Positions 63,239 through 64,000 of a stretch of 64,000 nt of DNA are shown here, piece after piece. Origin of the DNA: Thalia democratica (lineage: Eukaryota); assembly GCA_965202585.1 (NCBI GenBank), contig OZ241830.1, positions 21,204,001 to 21,268,000 of the forward strand, read 5' to 3'. How positions within the stretch are numbered: the stretch's first letter is position 1; each line of letters starts with the position of its first letter. The notes beneath the pieces were generated by a model. That model saw only the letters and a program-made list of their open reading frames with translations, was not told the origin of the DNA and ran no database searches. Both the position numbers and the translations under genes were made by a program.

Positions 63239-64000
63239 GTGAGTTTATAATTGAAAATGTTGTACTAACAATATTAGACACTAGTATAGATAAAAAATAT
63301 TTCAAATAGTTTTTAATGTTTTTTTAATGGTTTATCTACCTATTTTTGAATAAGTTTACGGAAAAAATGTGTTAATTTATATAATATAGTCTGAAACTAT
63401 TAAGTTTCTTAACTTTATAACCTTTAAAGCTCCAATCTAGACAAAATATAAACTTTTTTTATTTACAACGTTTTTTAGTGTTTATAAACATTATGCAGTA
63501 AACTGGTAATAGACGCAACTTAAACTTTGTACAGATATTTTAAGCGCCTTATAATATCAAGTAACAGTGTTTTAAAAGCTTTTATACACAATAAACATTG
63601 TAGAAAAGATTGATACGAAAACAAGTGCATTTGTTTAAAACATCTAAAATGCTACTTATTAAACCGTATACTTTTGAAACTTTTCTGTCAAAATACCTTT
63701 ATTTATTATTTGTGTATTTGGATAACAGCAAACGAATTTTATTCAGTGTTAGATTGTGCAAATTAAGATGTGTAGTAAACAATTTGCAAAAGAAAAACAT
63801 ATTTTTATAAAACTAAATATGTATAAACTTAACTGATTTATTACAAAGTTGATTGGAGCTTACTTAATTAGCGATTTTGGTTATAAAAAATTATAAGCTT
63901 TGCTGTTTATTTAGTTTTAGAATGTATCTAACCATTTTTATAATCTACTTTATTTATTTTCTCAGAATTTATTTCGTCAATAGATGATAATAAATAAATT

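Larger units (their letters stand above)
46855..64000 (+). repeat. Right arm of giant protocadherin palindrome (extends past the window)
   Basis: Window end 63900-64000 still matches 28496-28600 in reverse complement. Confidence 0.95.

Noticed and set aside
28496-64000. Palindrome as a pure read fold-back artefact
   Set aside because: Arms differ by many substitutions, indels and arm-specific transposons, unlike chimeric-read artefacts. A haplotype misjoin is less likely but needs read data to exclude.
1-64000. Species or phylum assignment
   Set aside because: Features fit an invertebrate metazoan (a tunicate-like deuterostome is plausible), but the sequence alone does not let me name it.

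Overview
Eukaryotic (metazoan), strongly AT-rich DNA with GT-AG spliced genes; no prokaryotic features, CRISPR arrays, rRNA or tRNA genes were seen. It holds the last five coding exons of an ABCB1/P-glycoprotein-like gene (+, 393-5425), a complete 18-coding-exon protocadherin (-, 32124-22989, 1023 aa by my exon sum; 6 cadherin repeats, TM, CM2 motif) and the first six coding exons of a head-to-head paralog (+, 60360-63238, runs off the window). Most of the window is two adjacent large inverted duplications. The first is a tail-to-tail ABCB duplication (about 5.2-13.3 kb vs 19.2-22.9 kb). Its left arm is interrupted by a 5.1-kb Foldback/MULE-like element; its right arm keeps a nearly intact orphan terminal exon and a decayed penultimate exon lying in the protocadherin 3' UTR. 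The second is a palindrome of at least 35 kb centred at about 46.76 kb that carries the two protocadherins. The same two short sequence pieces sit at or near both turn-around points (18.7-18.9 kb and 46.6-46.85 kb), and collinear relics of the protocadherin upstream region lie inside the first duplication's spacer. Several hAT elements give a relative chronology. All alignments and identities were made by eye and are approximate; exon calls come from manual translation plus splice-site and phase consistency, not from transcripts.
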